From: Longimicrobiales bacterium
GTDB lineage: Bacteria; Gemmatimonadota; Gemmatimonadetes; Longimicrobiales; Gaopeijiaceae
Reading direction: 5' to 3'
Assembly: GCA_963664435.2 (NCBI GenBank)
Contig: CAXXKM010000003.1
Span: 352,001-416,000, forward strand
Length of the DNA: 64,000 nucleotides
Position numbers and translations under genes: made by a program
Shown: one piece after another, positions 52,315 through 62,438 of the stretch
Layout: every line of letters starts with the position of its first letter
How positions within the stretch are numbered: position 1 is the first letter of the stretch
The notes under the pieces: generated by a model
What the model saw: the letters and a program-made list of their open reading frames with translations, nothing else
The model's database searches: none
What the model was told of the DNA's origin: nothing

Positions 52315-53439
52315 GGGAAGGTCGCGGCATCGAGGCTTCTCCGGCAGTCGCGGCCCGACCGATGCGCTACCTTCCCGGGGCGGGTTTGTACGCGCGCGAT
52401 CCGCTCCAGCCCTGAGGGCGCGGTCACGGCTTGCGGGGCAGTTGCGGTCGCCGACCGGGCGGGTGAGCGGCTGATCGCCGTTTGATGGCGTGACACGGCC
52501 CCGCGCTTGCGGGGTTTCCGTGGAGCCAGATGTGTTTTCGCTTCACGAAAACCTCTGGCCGGGGGGTATCCCCCCGGACCCCCGAACGACATTCCGCGCG
52601 CCACCCAAAGGAAGGCCGCCCGTCATGGTTCGTCCCCGGAAGCCCGAGGCCGAACGCAGGACCCGCACGATCGGCGTGCGCGAGGAGCAGGCCTCCATGC
52701 GCTTGAGATCTTGACCTCCGATCGGCCGGGGGTCGGTGGCGTACCGCGCGTGCACATCGACATCGGGGTGCATGTGCACGGAATCCACCGCGTCCATGTG
52801 CGCGGGCAGGGGCTCCGTATGTCGCTGCCCGCGTTGCGGTTGTACCACGGCCGCACGAACGGCGGTGCCGTTCCAGAGTGTGCGGCCGTGGCGGGAGCGA
52901 CCCCGCCCTTCGGGTGCCTGGTACGGCACGGCGACGTTCAGGATGTGCACGGCCTATCCCAACCTCGCCTGGGGTCGCTCCCGGTCCATCAATCCCATGC
53001 GGGAAGGCCAACGGCACGTCGTTCCGACGGTCGGATCCGGCTGAACGCCGGGGCTGCCGACGGCCAGCTCCCCTCGCCGTTCAAGATGGGAGTGACCCCC
53101 GTCGGAGGCCTCTCGGAGGTGGAGGGTGAAGCGCGCGCCCTAGCGCCGTCCGAACGTCAGGCTCGGCCCTGCGGCGGTGGGCGAAACATCTCCAGCGTCG
53201 TACTCGATGCCCGCTCTCACCGCCGTGCGGACGAACCACCGGGCGCGTCCGAGCCGGCGGATTGCCTTCGATGGCGCTGGACTTGGTTCGGACGGGTAAG
53301 ACGGATCGGCCATTCCCGCCGTGTCTTCGCCGTGTGGGCAGCCCCGGCAATGGGATTGAAGATTCTTCTGATTCTAAGGATCGCTGTCACGGTGCAGAAA
53401 GGCTCACCTCGAGTCCACCTTCAGCCGCCAAGTGTCGCG

Positions 53440-53916
53440 CTAACGTCGGCGGTCTGGATCCGGCTCGGTAAGCGCTTCACCTGCTTGCGCCTCGCCTATG
53501 CCGGCAGCCTGCCTACCTGCCGGAGTAAGCGCGAATTCGTCTTCCGTCAGGTCGCCGTAGAGATAGGCCCAGTTCTCGCCATTGTGCTGGCTCACGATCA
53601 TGACCGAAGTAGTGTCCTGGAGATACGACCTAGGCCTCACGACGCAGTTCCGCCACGCTCCCAACACATAGGTCAGCCTGTACAGAGACTCGCGGGTCTT
53701 GTGGTCGTCCCACAACAACCCATTGACCCTTACCTCTGGTATGTATCCACCCCCAACCTCACCCGCCTCCACCATCCGCAAACGACCGCCAGCATTGAAC
53801 CTTTCGATGGCGTCCTCAGCGGCCTCGACAACCCGTTCGTCGTCGCATCTCCACTGCGCCTCAACCGGCGCAGCCAGCACGCCCAGCGCCCCAAGTCCTA
53901 CCAGCAGCTTTCTCAT
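53440..53916 (-). CDS. secreted hypothetical protein (element 2 cargo)
   Basis: TAAGGAGG RBS; signal peptide MRKLLVGLGALGVLAAPVEA. Confidence 0.7.
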   Translation of the reverse strand: MRKLLVGLGALGVLAAPVEAQWRCDDERVVEAAEDAIERFNAGGRLRMVEAGEVGGGYIPEVRVNGLLWDDHKTRESLYRLTYVLGAWRNCVVRPRSYLQDTTSVMIVSQHNGENWAYLYGDLTEDEFALTPAGRQAAGIGEAQAGEALTEPDPDRRR

Positions 53917-54577
53917 TTCGAAGCCTCCTTACACTTCGGACAGGTGGAAAACTCAACATGCCCGTTCACGAACGCTTCCTTCACGTATGCAATGCCGCAA
54001 GCGAGCCCACGTGACTTCGCTAGAACAAGGTGGGTCAGCAGGCCAGTCTTCTCCACGAAAGCCGGATTGCGGCAGCAGTGCCAACAGGTCACGTCGCGAC
54101 CGATTTCCGTCAACCGCCCCCTCACCCTTCTCCTGCAAACGGCCTTTCGGTCGCCCGCGTCGAAATGTGTTTTTGCCAATCGTTTCGTCCTGGATTGCTC
54201 CCCGAACCGAATCCTCGAGGGCCTGTCGAGCGCCACGCCATCAAACAGGTCGGCTTGCCGAACCGGGATGAGCTCTTAGGTGGAAGGTGGGACTTGGTCG
54301 ACCGGGTGGCAACAGCGACCGCACCACCCCTAGGATCATCCTGCCCAATCGCCCTCCGGAACGCCCAGAATCGCCTTGTGAGCGTCTTTGTCGGCCTCGG
54401 CGGGGATGCGCGGGGGGCTGTGGCCTCGATGGTCGCCACTGTCGGTCGTCAGTCCAAGCCTGAAGGCCCACCGCCAGCCGCATCGCCCCCAGTTGATCGC
54501 CCGCGCCTGAGTCTGCCGTCTTGCGGTAGAGTTAGATGGTGATCGAGACCAGCGGCGCATGGGGACTTGCCGGGGGC

Positions 54578-55240
54578 GGCGCGCGACCGGTGGCGAACCC
54601 GGTCCCGGCACGCGGACGGCGAATCGCCGGGCGGGCGGCTACCCCATCGGGATGCGCCGCCACGAGGGAACGGGGGGCGACGCCCCCGCCCGCGCAATCC
54701 ACTGGAGCGCGGGGCTTCCAGGGTTCGAAGGGGCGGAGTCCCTCGCCAGCCCCGGTGTATTACACGGGGTAGGCTGGCTGAACCACGTTAGCGTGGCTAA
54801 GCCAGCCCGGTGGTGCCGCCGAGAAACGCTCCGGGCACCGCCCGCAACAGTGTCCACCGGGGCGTCGCGAGCAGCCCCTCGGCGCTGCGGTCGCCAGTTG
54901 TCTCATGGGCGGCGAGCGCGCGGTCGCGTTCCGCCCTGCCTTCGACCCCCTCGGGAACCCGAGATCGTCGATCTCGGGCGATCCTGCGGCCCGCAAGTTA
55001 CCCGAAAACGCTCCGGAACCCGCGGAAATGGCCTCTGAGCCGAGCATGGAAAGAACGCCGGTTGCGCAACATGGACCTGCCCCGCTTTCACGGACGGTTG
55101 GTTCATGGGGTTGATGGTGTCTGATGTGGTTTGCCTCTCCCTTGCGGAGAGGGGCGGCGGAATTGGACCCTCGGTCGAACGGTGGGTCTCCCGGCGTCCG
55201 ACCGAGGGTGGGCAAGCGAAGCGCGCCAGCCCGCCAGGCC
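54578..55240. other. structured non-coding region of element 2 (modules B 54578-54836, C 54907-55010, A 55126-55235)
   Basis: homologous to the element 1 modules, with hairpins preserved. Confidence 0.72.
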
Positions 55241-55335
55241 CGCCGGCACGCGAGCCGGATCCGTGGCATGGCCGGGATGCTGGCACGAAGCCTATCGCGT
55301 AGGTGCGGGAACGTGGTGAGGGCGATCCGACGGCG

Positions 55336-56364
55336 TCATCGCCAGGGAGGCGTAGCAACTCCCAACTCCCGCGCAACCTGCAGGAAGTAGGTTGCTCTTC
55401 TACTACTCATCCGACTCTCCAATAACTCAAGCTCGATCCGCTCCGACTCGGCTTGAGCTGCGGCCCTTTGCCTGGCTGCTTGCCTAAACGCCTCGGCGTC
55501 CGCCTCGGCGATCCGGGTCTGATCCTCAGCAAAGAGCCGTAAGCTATCCATCCTAGCAACAAAATCGGACCTGAGCCGGTTCCATTCCAACTGAGATTCG
55601 ACCACGGGGCACCAGAAACGCACCGAGTCTGCGGCTGCCGGCAACCCCGCCAATGGGAATTCGACGACGCCTTTGAGCTCGATGCCCACCGTATCTCGGC
55701 CGAAATAGTGGGCTGCCGCGTAGTCGTGAGCTTGATGCCATCCCTCACGGACGACCGCTTCAAGGCGATCAAACTCGCTACGTGCCCTTTCCCCTTCAGC
55801 GCGCATGCGTCTGTCATCGGATCCGAGTGTGCTTAGGTACCGGTCATGATATACCACGGCCAGACCCATAAGGCCGTCACGCGCCTCCTGCGTAGCGTTC
55901 CTCGTAGTGAATCTCGGGGGCCCGAGGCCCGTCTGGCCCTCGAGATACCAGCCTCCAACGGTGGGCCGCGGCTGATACTCCCACGCGTAAACACGGCCAT
56001 CCACGGCCATGCGCGCGGCATCCAGCAGCCCGAACTGTCCGCGGAGCTCCTCGAACGCTTCCTCATCATCCACGAGCAACGACGTATCCGGCAGGGATAT
56101 GCGGAAAAACAGACCATCCCGGTGCCACGGTGGTTCGCTCACCTGATCCACTCGACACCAATAGCCCACGGTAACCGGAATTGTATCGCGGCCGGCGACC
56201 AGATTCTCCGTAGGACCGTAGGTACGAAACAGGCCGGTTCGCCGGCCGGTCAGGTTGTCGACGTCCGCCTCAACGGAGCCGGGCCAAGCAACCTGATCCG
56301 CCGGATCACTACAACCGCAGAAGGCAAAGCTAACCGCAAGCGCAACGACAGCGCCTCTCGCCAT
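55336..56364 (-). CDS. hypothetical lipoprotein (element 2 cargo)
   Basis: MARGAVVALAVSFAFCGC lipobox; GGAG RBS; C-terminal coiled coil. Confidence 0.65.
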   Translation of the reverse strand: MARGAVVALAVSFAFCGCSDPADQVAWPGSVEADVDNLTGRRTGLFRTYGPTENLVAGRDTIPVTVGYWCRVDQVSEPPWHRDGLFFRISLPDTSLLVDDEEAFEELRGQFGLLDAARMAVDGRVYAWEYQPRPTVGGWYLEGQTGLGPPRFTTRNATQEARDGLMGLAVVYHDRYLSTLGSDDRRMRAEGERARSEFDRLEAVVREGWHQAHDYAAAHYFGRDTVGIELKGVVEFPLAGLPAAADSVRFWCPVVESQLEWNRLRSDFVARMDSLRLFAEDQTRIAEADAEAFRQAARQRAAAQAESERIELELLESRMSSRRATYFLQVARELGVATPPWR

Positions 56365-56695
56365 TACTTCTCCCGAGTGAGTGGGTCCGAAGGGTCACCA
56401 CAACACCGAGATTGCTGCGGTTTGCCCGGCCTGCGCAAGGGAGGCCACGGGAGAGTTGTTGTGGGTGCAGCTGGATTCGCGCGCTGAGTGCAACCCATCC
56501 TGCGGGACGCTGGACGGGCGGTTGGCTCAGAACGGCTGCGACGAGTCTGCGGAGGAACCATGCTTACGAGTTCTGCACGGAAGGTGCCTTGTCCCGAAGG
56601 GCACCTGTTGCCGGCACGCCATTGCGCCGAACCATCCGTGCTGGCATCCTTGGCGTCGGTCCTCTCCGGCGTCGTAATCAACCTTAGGATCCGAA

Positions 56696-57430
56696 ATGAG
56701 CAAGAGCTACACTTCCGATCTTGACGCAGCCCACCACCGCTTTTTCCACAAGCTGAGGATTGACCACGAGACGGGATCAATCTCGAAGGACCGTAAGTTC
56801 GCCGGTTATCCGTACGTGGGCGCGCGATATGGCGTCGATCCCCGATGTAACAAACTCCTTGTGGTCGGTTTGGATTCCGGCAAGGACAAGAATCCCGGTG
56901 GTGGCCCTTTTCGAGATCGCGGAGAGTTTGAGAGGGCGGCCGTTGATCCGAAGCTCAATGCTCACATGGCGGGAGTCTACTTCGCCGCGCTTCGTTACGC
57001 GTGGCCGCCGGATTGGGGTTGGAGGCATGTGGAGGCTCAACAGGAGACATGCGAAAGGTTGCTCAAGAAACGCGGGTGGGGTCTCGTACTGGAAGAGCTG
57101 AAAGGGAACCCGCTACAGTACATCGCCTTCACGAACTTCTACAAGTGGGTCACGAAAGGGCGGGAAAACCGGGCGGGCGAGAAGGATCGTACGCACTTCG
57201 ATCGCCAAGCTGAGATTGCGCTTTTTCACGAGGAGGTGCGCGTCTTGCAACCCGACATCGTCGTGTTCCAGAGCAAACGGTTCGTAGAACCCGAGTTCGC
57301 CAACACCCGCCGCTTCGTCGAAGGAATCGCTCACTGTTATGTTCTCGTGCATCCCTCCAATCGAGAACGAGGTGGGCGTCGTCCGCGTAGCGTCGTGACA
57401 CCCCTTTATCGACGCACCAAGAGGGCGTAA
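56696..57430 (+). CDS. uracil-DNA glycosylase superfamily-like protein (element 2 cargo)
   Basis: KLLVVGLD, FTNFYKW, EVRVLQPDIVVF, VHPS match UDG-fold motif spacing. Confidence 0.6.
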   Translation: MSKSYTSDLDAAHHRFFHKLRIDHETGSISKDRKFAGYPYVGARYGVDPRCNKLLVVGLDSGKDKNPGGGPFRDRGEFERAAVDPKLNAHMAGVYFAALRYAWPPDWGWRHVEAQQETCERLLKKRGWGLVLEELKGNPLQYIAFTNFYKWVTKGRENRAGEKDRTHFDRQAEIALFHEEVRVLQPDIVVFQSKRFVEPEFANTRRFVEGIAHCYVLVHPSNRERGGRRPRSVVTPLYRRTKRA

Positions 57431-57705
57431 CGTAACGGGGTCTTGGCTCCCGCCAATCGAACCCGTTTTCCCGCTGTCGCGGCACGATCCAGCGGGGTCC
57501 AGTCCAACGGCAGAAAACGCAGATCGTGCAGTCCTGTAAGACTTTAAACGATTCTCTGCCGGGATTCGGACCTCGTGTGCTCCGCCGTAACGTCAGGGTT
57601 GCTCACCCGATCCCGGCATCCCCTGAACCCCTCAACGGAGGTCGCAGTCATCCCGTATATTGGACAGCCTGACCAAGACGGGAACGGACCAGGGAGCCAC
57701 AGGCC

Positions 57706-58281
57706 ATGACACCACGATCCACCTACCAACTCAGAATCGCCCTCAAGTGGGCCAAGCCACAAATCTGGCGCCGTTTCCTCATAGACCCGACCATGACGCT
57801 CGCCGACCTTCACGAGGTGGTACAGGTGGTCATGGGCTGGGAAGACTGCCACCTGCATGTCTTCGTCAAGCAGACGCATCGCTTCAGCGTCCCCAGCCCC
57901 TGGGACGACGAGTGGACCCCGCCCGGAATGCCCAGGGACCTGGACGCCAGGAACTTCCGCATCGGCCAGCTCCTGACGCGGGAAAAGGACTGGATCGATT
58001 ACACGTATGACTTCGGCGACAACTGGAAGCACAGGATCACGCTGCAGAAGATCCTGCCGCAGAATCCCCGGCAGCGTCTTCCCGCGTGCATTTCGGGGAA
58101 ACGCCGGTGTCCGCCGGAAGATAGTGGCGGCGTGGGGGGCTATTACCACATGCTCTCGGTCCTGCAGGATCCGAAGGATGGGGATCACGCGCATATCTCG
58201 GAGTGGATGGGCGAAGACTTCGATCCGGACGAGTTCAGCGTGGACGCCGTCAACCGGCGGCTCCGGCGGATGTACGGGTGA
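57706..58281 (+). CDS. plasmid pRiA4b ORF-3 family protein (third, diverged copy)
   Basis: IWRRF, LHEVVQVVMGWEDCHLH, YDFGDNW, CPPEDSGG. Confidence 0.9.
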   Translation: MTPRSTYQLRIALKWAKPQIWRRFLIDPTMTLADLHEVVQVVMGWEDCHLHVFVKQTHRFSVPSPWDDEWTPPGMPRDLDARNFRIGQLLTREKDWIDYTYDFGDNWKHRITLQKILPQNPRQRLPACISGKRRCPPEDSGGVGGYYHMLSVLQDPKDGDHAHISEWMGEDFDPDEFSVDAVNRRLRRMYG

Positions 58282-58459
58282 GGATCCGCGCAAGCACTTG
58301 GACGGAGCGATCAACTTTCCCGAGGACCGTACCCAATGAGGCGCCAACCCGACGTGCGCGAATGCGCCATGCTCCGCCAGCCACCGCGTCGGACTCTACT
58401 TGGAACAACCGCCGTTCCTGCAATTCAGCGCCAGCCCCTTCACACGCGCCGAGTCCGCG

Positions 58460-58802
58460 GGCGGCGGGGTTCCGGGGACCTGAGGCTGTGGTTCGACGGG
58501 GCGTCTACCGGCAGCGGCCCACGGCCGCTGGCTCGCGCAGGCCAGGTGGTCGGGCGATGTCGCCACCCAGGCCGAAACCAACTTCAGCCGTCCGACCCTG
58601 GAGGCCGGTGCGTCAAGTCGCCGGCTGGTTCGACGAGGGGATGAACCGAGTCTCCGGTTGGTATCGCCGGCAGACCCAACTGATCATCTTCGCGATCGGC
58701 GCCATCGTGGCCGGATCGCCCAACGCGATCACCGTGCACGTCGTGCAGGACCTCTGGGGAGCAGGCCGCGCGGTGGATGAGTGGGGCGGTCCTCAGGCTT
58801 GA
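58460..58802 (+). pseudogene. fragment of a membrane protein gene
   Basis: WFDEGMNRVSGWYRRQTQLIIFAIG segment without a plausible start or full-length context. Confidence 0.45.
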
Positions 58803-58923
58803 TCAGCGCTCAGAACCAGCCCAATTGATCTGAGGCGGCTCTACACTAACGTTAACCGGTCCGGCTGCGGCCTCGTCGAGGCTCGTGGGAGCCTTTGACC
58901 AACCCTGTTGGCACGTACTCGCC

Positions 58924-59879
58924 ATGTTCTTTCCCGACATCCACGACCGGGACTTCATCGAACTGCTTGGAGCCCTCCCCAGTTCACCGGCAACGACTCG
59001 CGCACACATCCTTGACGCATTCGGCGTCCTGGTCACCGGCGACGATCCAGTCGGGTGGTGGGACGCACTGACGCTCGATCGGGGCGACGAGGGCGCTGCT
59101 CAGGCCGTAGCACAGCTGATCATCTCGAGGGGCGGGAAACGCGTTTTGGCATTGATAAGGGCCGAAGCCGCCGGTCGGAGCGTCACACCCCGAGCGGATG
59201 ATTCGAAGCTTGTGAGACTGCTCTTCGACGAGGCCATGGAGGACTTCCTCTACGATCAGTGGGGCTTGCAGTACGGCGTGTGCGAGTATTACAAGGAGAC
59301 GCAGGTGGTTCTGGAGGATGAGGACCCTAATCTTCCGGAGCCTGAAGACGACTACGATCGGGATGACCTCGAACAAGACGAGGAGGACGCGGAGGATGGC
59401 CCCAGTATCTTCGATCTGTTCTCAGGCAAGCCGCGACCGAGCGCACAACGGGGCGCCAAGTGGGTCCTGGAGCGCGTTCAAAACCCATCGAGGGGGTTTC
59501 TCACCGTTCCCGATCTATGGAAAGAGAGGGACCTGGAGGAGTTCCTTTGGTCCCAATGGGAGTCCATCGACTTTGGCTTCGACCGGCCGATCTACCTCGT
59601 CGGTAAGCAGCAGCGCCTGAGCGACGGCACCAGCGACCGGGTCGATCTCCTCGCCAACGGCAGGTCAGGCGAGAAGATCGCAATCGCACTGAAGATCGTC
59701 GAGGCACAGCCCGGGGACTACACCCAGCTCACGTCCTACATGGGAAACCTGGAGTCGAGCGGTGTACCCGCAGACAAGGTGCGCGGCGTCCTTCTCGCGC
59801 CTGCCTTTCCTCAAAGGTGCTCAACTCAACGGCGATCGAACCCCGGATAACCCTCCTCCGGTTCAACAGAGGACCTTAA
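58924..59879 (+). pseudogene. protein with C-terminal NucS-like endonuclease domain, frameshift near 59806
   Basis: ERDLEEFL, RVDLLA, IAIALK, QLTSYM, RGVLLAP; alternative frame continues SKVLNSTAIEPRITLLRF to TAA 59879. Confidence 0.65.
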
Positions 59880-60002
59880 GGAACACCACACCGGCGCGGC
59901 GCACCCCTGCGGCGTTACAGATTCCGGAGGATCACCTTCTTCGAAGTGAGCCGGGCTCTCCCTCTCGACCACCTGCGCCCGGAATCGCGATAATCCGTTT
60001 GT

Positions 60003-60206
60003 TCAATTGAAGCCGCCTCTTGTCTTGCTCCCTTTTGAGCGGCGTTCCAGCAGCCAGCACACCACAAACAGGACCACCGCAATGGTTCCGAGTACCACCC
60101 AGGATGCTCCAGTGACTTCCGCGATAACGATACCCATGATCACGGTGATCACGATGTTGGGAATCCCAAAGACACGGCCTCTGGCTGACTTCTGCTTGGT
60201 TAGCAT
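60003..60206 (-). CDS. small two-TM membrane protein
   Basis: AAGGAAG RBS; two hydrophobic segments. Confidence 0.55.
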   Translation of the reverse strand: MLTKQKSARGRVFGIPNIVITVIMGIVIAEVTGASWVVLGTIAVVLFVVCWLLERRSKGSKTRGGFN

Positions 60207-60619
60207 CGTTTCTTCCTTTCTTGGTGGCGGGCCTCGTCCCGGTGCGGAAGCCTCGGAGCCCATGCTAGAAGGTAGATTCTGTCAGAGCAAGAGTAGATGC
60301 CTGGCTGACGGCGAGCTCAGCTGCTACCCGGTAGCTGCACGGCCATTGCAGCTCTTACGACAGCCCACCGAGCTCTCCTCCCGTATTCTCCGCACAGCCT
60401 CGATCCAGCGCCGCGTACTCCTCTGGTCGAAAAACGTCACGCATCCGCGGAATATCTGGGCAACTGATTTGAAGCATTCCAGGTCCATCAAGGATACCCA
60501 ACTCTCTGTGAGCAGCATTCGGCACGCCACGCCATGAACACTGGGATTTGAGGATAAATGTCATCAGGATCCGTTATCCAACCCCGGCGGACCCAGAGGC
60601 GCCGAGCTGGTCACCAATT

Positions 60620-61302
60620 CTAGTCGTCGTCCGGCGCCTCATAAACATAAAGCCCGGTCGGCCCGGATCGCTGTGGTGGAGAGGAAGGGATGTCGCTCGG
60701 AAGTTCAGGTGGGGGTATGTCGTCTAAGGGATGAGATAATCCAAGGGCAGGTAGCAGGAAGACAATGTCGGCATCCTCCGGCGGTACCGACGTGGCTCCC
60801 ATGGTTCCAAGGTTTCCGGTGGCGGCGTGGACCGATCTCGAACTTCCAGGCAGGATTAAGTCAACATACTGGCTGAACACACGCAGCCGCCACCGTGGAT
60901 GACGGCGGAACTTGTCGTGAAATCCCTCGAGTTGTGACCCGCCTCCGACTAGAACCACGCGAATGTCTTTCCAGTTATCCGAATTCCTATCTCTCTTGTA
61001 TGCTTCGCCAAAGCTCCGAACGTAATCGCCAAAACAGTATCCAGCCACTTCGTCCACAGCTCGACCTAAGTCATCTGGGACAAGAGACCGACACTCCCTC
61101 CCAAGGTCCACGCACCGGTTGGCAGCGAGCTCCCGCTTCGCCGCCCGGACCGCAGGAAATAGGCGCGGTCTGTCGTTGTCGGGAGCTCCCGAGGTTACAA
61201 GAAGCCTTTCGTCAACTTCATCGCATCCAACGAGACAAGTCTGCGCGGAGAAGAAGTATATACGGTCTCCTTCCTCGCGGGTGACCCATCTGAACCATCC
61301 TA
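60620..61302 (-). pseudogene. actin/Hsp70-fold ATPase, 3' part (split by IS630)
   Basis: in frame from LGWFRWV...AVRAAKREL...VVLVGGGSQL (adenosine motif) to the stop at 60620. Confidence 0.8.
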
Positions 61303-62379
61303 GTGTTGTGCCGCTAAAGCGGTGTTGGCACGGTTGACCTTAGCCAGGATGTCGCGAACGGTGGCGGTCCAGACGAAGGGTTTCGGGGCGCGGTTCCTGT
61401 GGTCGATGTAGGACGTGATCGCGTGGACGAGCTGGCCGACGCTGTGGACGGCGAGGCGTTTGAGCTGGCGCTGCGTGAGTTCGGAGAAGAAGCGCTCGAC
61501 GAGATTGAGCCACGAGGACGAGGTGGGCACGAAGTGGAAGTGGACTCGGGGGTGCCGGTCCAGCCAGTCCTTCACTCGGGCATGCTTGTGGGTGGCGTAG
61601 TTGTCGAGGATGAAGTGCAGGTCGAGTTCCGGGTCGCATTGTTTTTCGACGGTGCGCAGGAAGCGGAGGAACTCCTGGTGCCGGTGACGGGGCAGACACT
61701 GGTGGATGACCTCTCCGGTGGCGACGTCCAGCGCCGCGAACAGCGTCGTGGTCCCGTGGCGCTTGTAGTCGTGCGTCATGGTGCCCGCCCGTCCCTTCTT
61801 GAGCGGCAACCCCGGCTGGGTCCGGTCCAGGGCCTGGATCTGGCTCTTCTCGTCGAAGGAGAAGACGATCGCCCGCTCCGGCGGCGCCACGTAGAGCCCC
61901 ACCACGTCGCGGAGCTTCTCGACGAAGCGGGGATCGGTGGAGAGCTTGAAGTAGCGCACCCTGTGGGGCTTCAGTCCGTGGGCGTTCCAGATCCGCCCCA
62001 CCTGGCTGTGATGCAGCCCCATGCCCTCGGCCATCAGGCGGGTGCTCCAGTGCGTCCCCCGCGGCGGTTTCTCCTCGAGCGTGCGGCGCACGACCTCGGC
62101 CTCGACTTCGGGCGTGATCGTACTTCGCGGCCGACCGGGGCGGGACCGATCCTCAAGTCCCGCGAGCCCCTCTTCGTCGTACCGGTCCAGCCATCTTTGC
62201 ACGGTCGGCAGCGAGACGCCGATCTCGCGGGCCAGCGTCCGGCCCGGCAAACCTCCGGCCGAACCCAGTATGATCCGGGCGCGCTCCACGCGCCGCTGCG
62301 GGGTCGTGCGGGCTCGAACCCATCCCTCGAGCTCCTTGCGGTCCCCGGGTCGCAATCGAATCCTTCGCAGAGCAGGCAT
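61300..62379 (-). CDS. IS630-family transposase
   Basis: DEKSQIQALDR, YKRHGTTTLFAALDV, LDNYATHK, PTSSSWLNLVERFF. Confidence 0.96.
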   Translation of the reverse strand: MPALRRIRLRPGDRKELEGWVRARTTPQRRVERARIILGSAGGLPGRTLAREIGVSLPTVQRWLDRYDEEGLAGLEDRSRPGRPRSTITPEVEAEVVRRTLEEKPPRGTHWSTRLMAEGMGLHHSQVGRIWNAHGLKPHRVRYFKLSTDPRFVEKLRDVVGLYVAPPERAIVFSFDEKSQIQALDRTQPGLPLKKGRAGTMTHDYKRHGTTTLFAALDVATGEVIHQCLPRHRHQEFLRFLRTVEKQCDPELDLHFILDNYATHKHARVKDWLDRHPRVHFHFVPTSSSWLNLVERFFSELTQRQLKRLAVHSVGQLVHAITSYIDHRNRAPKPFVWTATVRDILAKVNRANTALAAQH

Positions 62380-62438
62380 GCATGGAAGATAGCGGCTTCT
62401 CCATGCGTTAACCCTGCCACTTATGCGACACTACACTA
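61301..62438. mobile_element. IS630-family insertion sequence with TA duplication
   Basis: TA at 61301-61302 and 62437-62438 (CTAG context); imperfect terminal inverted repeats TAGTGT(T/A)GTG(C/T)CGC. Confidence 0.92.

Larger units (their letters stand above)
51321..57592. mobile_element. small tyrosine-recombinase integrative element 2 (6.3 kb)
   Basis: CGTAACG direct repeat at 51321-51327 and 57586-57592, at the same positions relative to the conserved ends (RCATG.. left, ..TCCGC right) as in element 1. Confidence 0.8.

Noticed and set aside
53913..54236. 107-aa ORF with two CxxC pairs overlapping the next start
   Set aside because: No clear RBS or family resemblance; left unannotated, though not excluded.
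52507..54279. 590-aa plus-strand ORF as a Rep/relaxase
   Set aside because: No recognisable motif set, atypical composition, and it overlaps a better-supported minus-strand gene.
58840..60345. attC-like motifs (CACTAAC-GTTAACC at ~58844; GCTGACGGCGAGCTCAGCTGC at ~60304)
   Set aside because: Could not build complete paired R/L boxes, and there is no integron integrase.
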